Below are positions 63,100 to 64,000 of a stretch of 64,000 bases of DNA, piece by piece; position 1 is the stretch's first letter, and every line of letters begins with the position of its first letter. The notes beneath the pieces were generated by a model that searched no databases, was not told the origin of the DNA, and was given only the letters and a program-made list of their open reading frames with translations. The stretch comes from Stylophora pistillata. Its lineage: Eukaryota. The position numbers and the translations under genes were made by a program. The stretch covers positions 235,821 through 299,820 of the forward strand of contig NW_019217895.1 of assembly GCF_002571385.2 (NCBI RefSeq), in the 5' to 3' direction.

Positions 63100-63237
63100 C
63101 TAATCTTCCAGAGGTCGTGAGTTCGATTCCCACTGAGGTCGTAAGAATTTTTTCTTTACCTCGTATGGTTCCCTAAAAACCCTTTACTAGGGCTGACGCC
63201 CAGAGGGTTTTTCATTGGTTTCAATTAGCACTTTAAT
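63100..63237 (+). mobile_element. 5'-truncated tRNA-derived SINE fragment
   Basis: B box GAGTTCGATTCCC followed by a SINE-like body. Confidence 0.55.
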
Positions 63238-63499
63238 TTACGCTTCACAGTTAATTGTCTGTTCCATCATTTGTAATCTTGCAGATAGTTTTTCTTTTGG
63301 TCCCGTAGCTTCTTTTCTTTTGTCATTTTGGTTTCTTTGGAGAGAGCTTTTCAATGAGGCCTGTATGTGAGGTATGACCTTGCCGCATGTCTGAGAAAAA
63401 GGTCGGGTGACGTCAACATTATCGTTCAAAAAAAATCCAATCGGAGAGAGGTTTCTGGTCGAGTAGCCGACCGATGTCACGCCGTAGACAGCTTTTAAC

Positions 63500-63625
63500 A
63501 AGATAATTTGGATATATCAACAAAGTTGAAATGGTAAATTAGCCACCGTAATGATTACAAAAGCTGACGTTTCGAGCGTTAGCCCTTCGTCGGAGGGCTA
63601 ATGTTCCTTCGTCGGAGGGCTAAAT
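63500..63625 (-). mobile_element. Penelope-associated terminal repeat with a degenerate minimal hammerhead motif; related copies near 4720-4851, 43505-43590, 47160-47270 and 55225-55330
   Basis: The minus strand reads CCGACGA-AGGGC-TAAC-GCTC-GAAAC-GTCAG. Confidence 0.6.
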
Positions 63626-64000
63626 CATGTACACGGTTACAATAATACATATCCAGAAATTGTTATCCTCTATAACACGCGGGAATCATTTGTGAAATAT
63701 TGGTTTGTTATTTTTGAAATGGATCGCGCCTAAGGTCAATTGTAATAACGTAGGATTCCGTGATCGATGGGAATTGGGTGTTAATTCTAATGGGGTACTG
63801 GATTGCTATTTGGGGAGGAGGGCCATACAATCGCCTTCCAACTTTCTCATAATCTCCGTGTCACTATAAAATGTGTGAATTGTGCACACCTATAACTCAT
63901 AACAATTCTCTACATCTAATGACAATAATAATAATAATAATAATAATAATAACGATAAGGACTCTATTACAGTATTTTCACTAGAAGGGGCTCTTCATCT

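Overview
AT-rich, intron-containing animal genomic DNA with N gaps at 4440, 6126-6189, 13359-13816, 24756-24767 and 39106-39140. The repeat families look anthozoan (probably a stony coral); that assignment is inference. From left to right the window holds: (1) most of a spliced SDA1/SDAD1 gene, with assembly problems; (2) a five-exon gene for a ubiquitin-like + SAM/Pointed protein with no ETS domain; (3) a deleted AcademH-type transposon with 9-bp TSDs and a RecQ remnant; (4) a multi-exon membrane-anchored serine beta-lactamase-like gene; (5) an intronless class A GPCR plus a MITE-disrupted partial duplicate. The main point of interest is (6), a compact co-oriented minus-strand cluster at 54.2-62.1 kb. 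It has two intronless proteins, each with one active and one dead prokaryote-like JAB/MPN (JAMM) domain in reciprocal order, and two short, probably disordered paralogous peptides. The peptides share a C-terminal 'VPDRPVVDxMAxQGFF' motif followed by an 8-residue tail. All four genes have a STAT/GAS-like motif about 80-140 bp upstream of the ATG. I propose, as inference, an undescribed and possibly immune-induced precursor/modifier-peptide plus JAMM-protease system.
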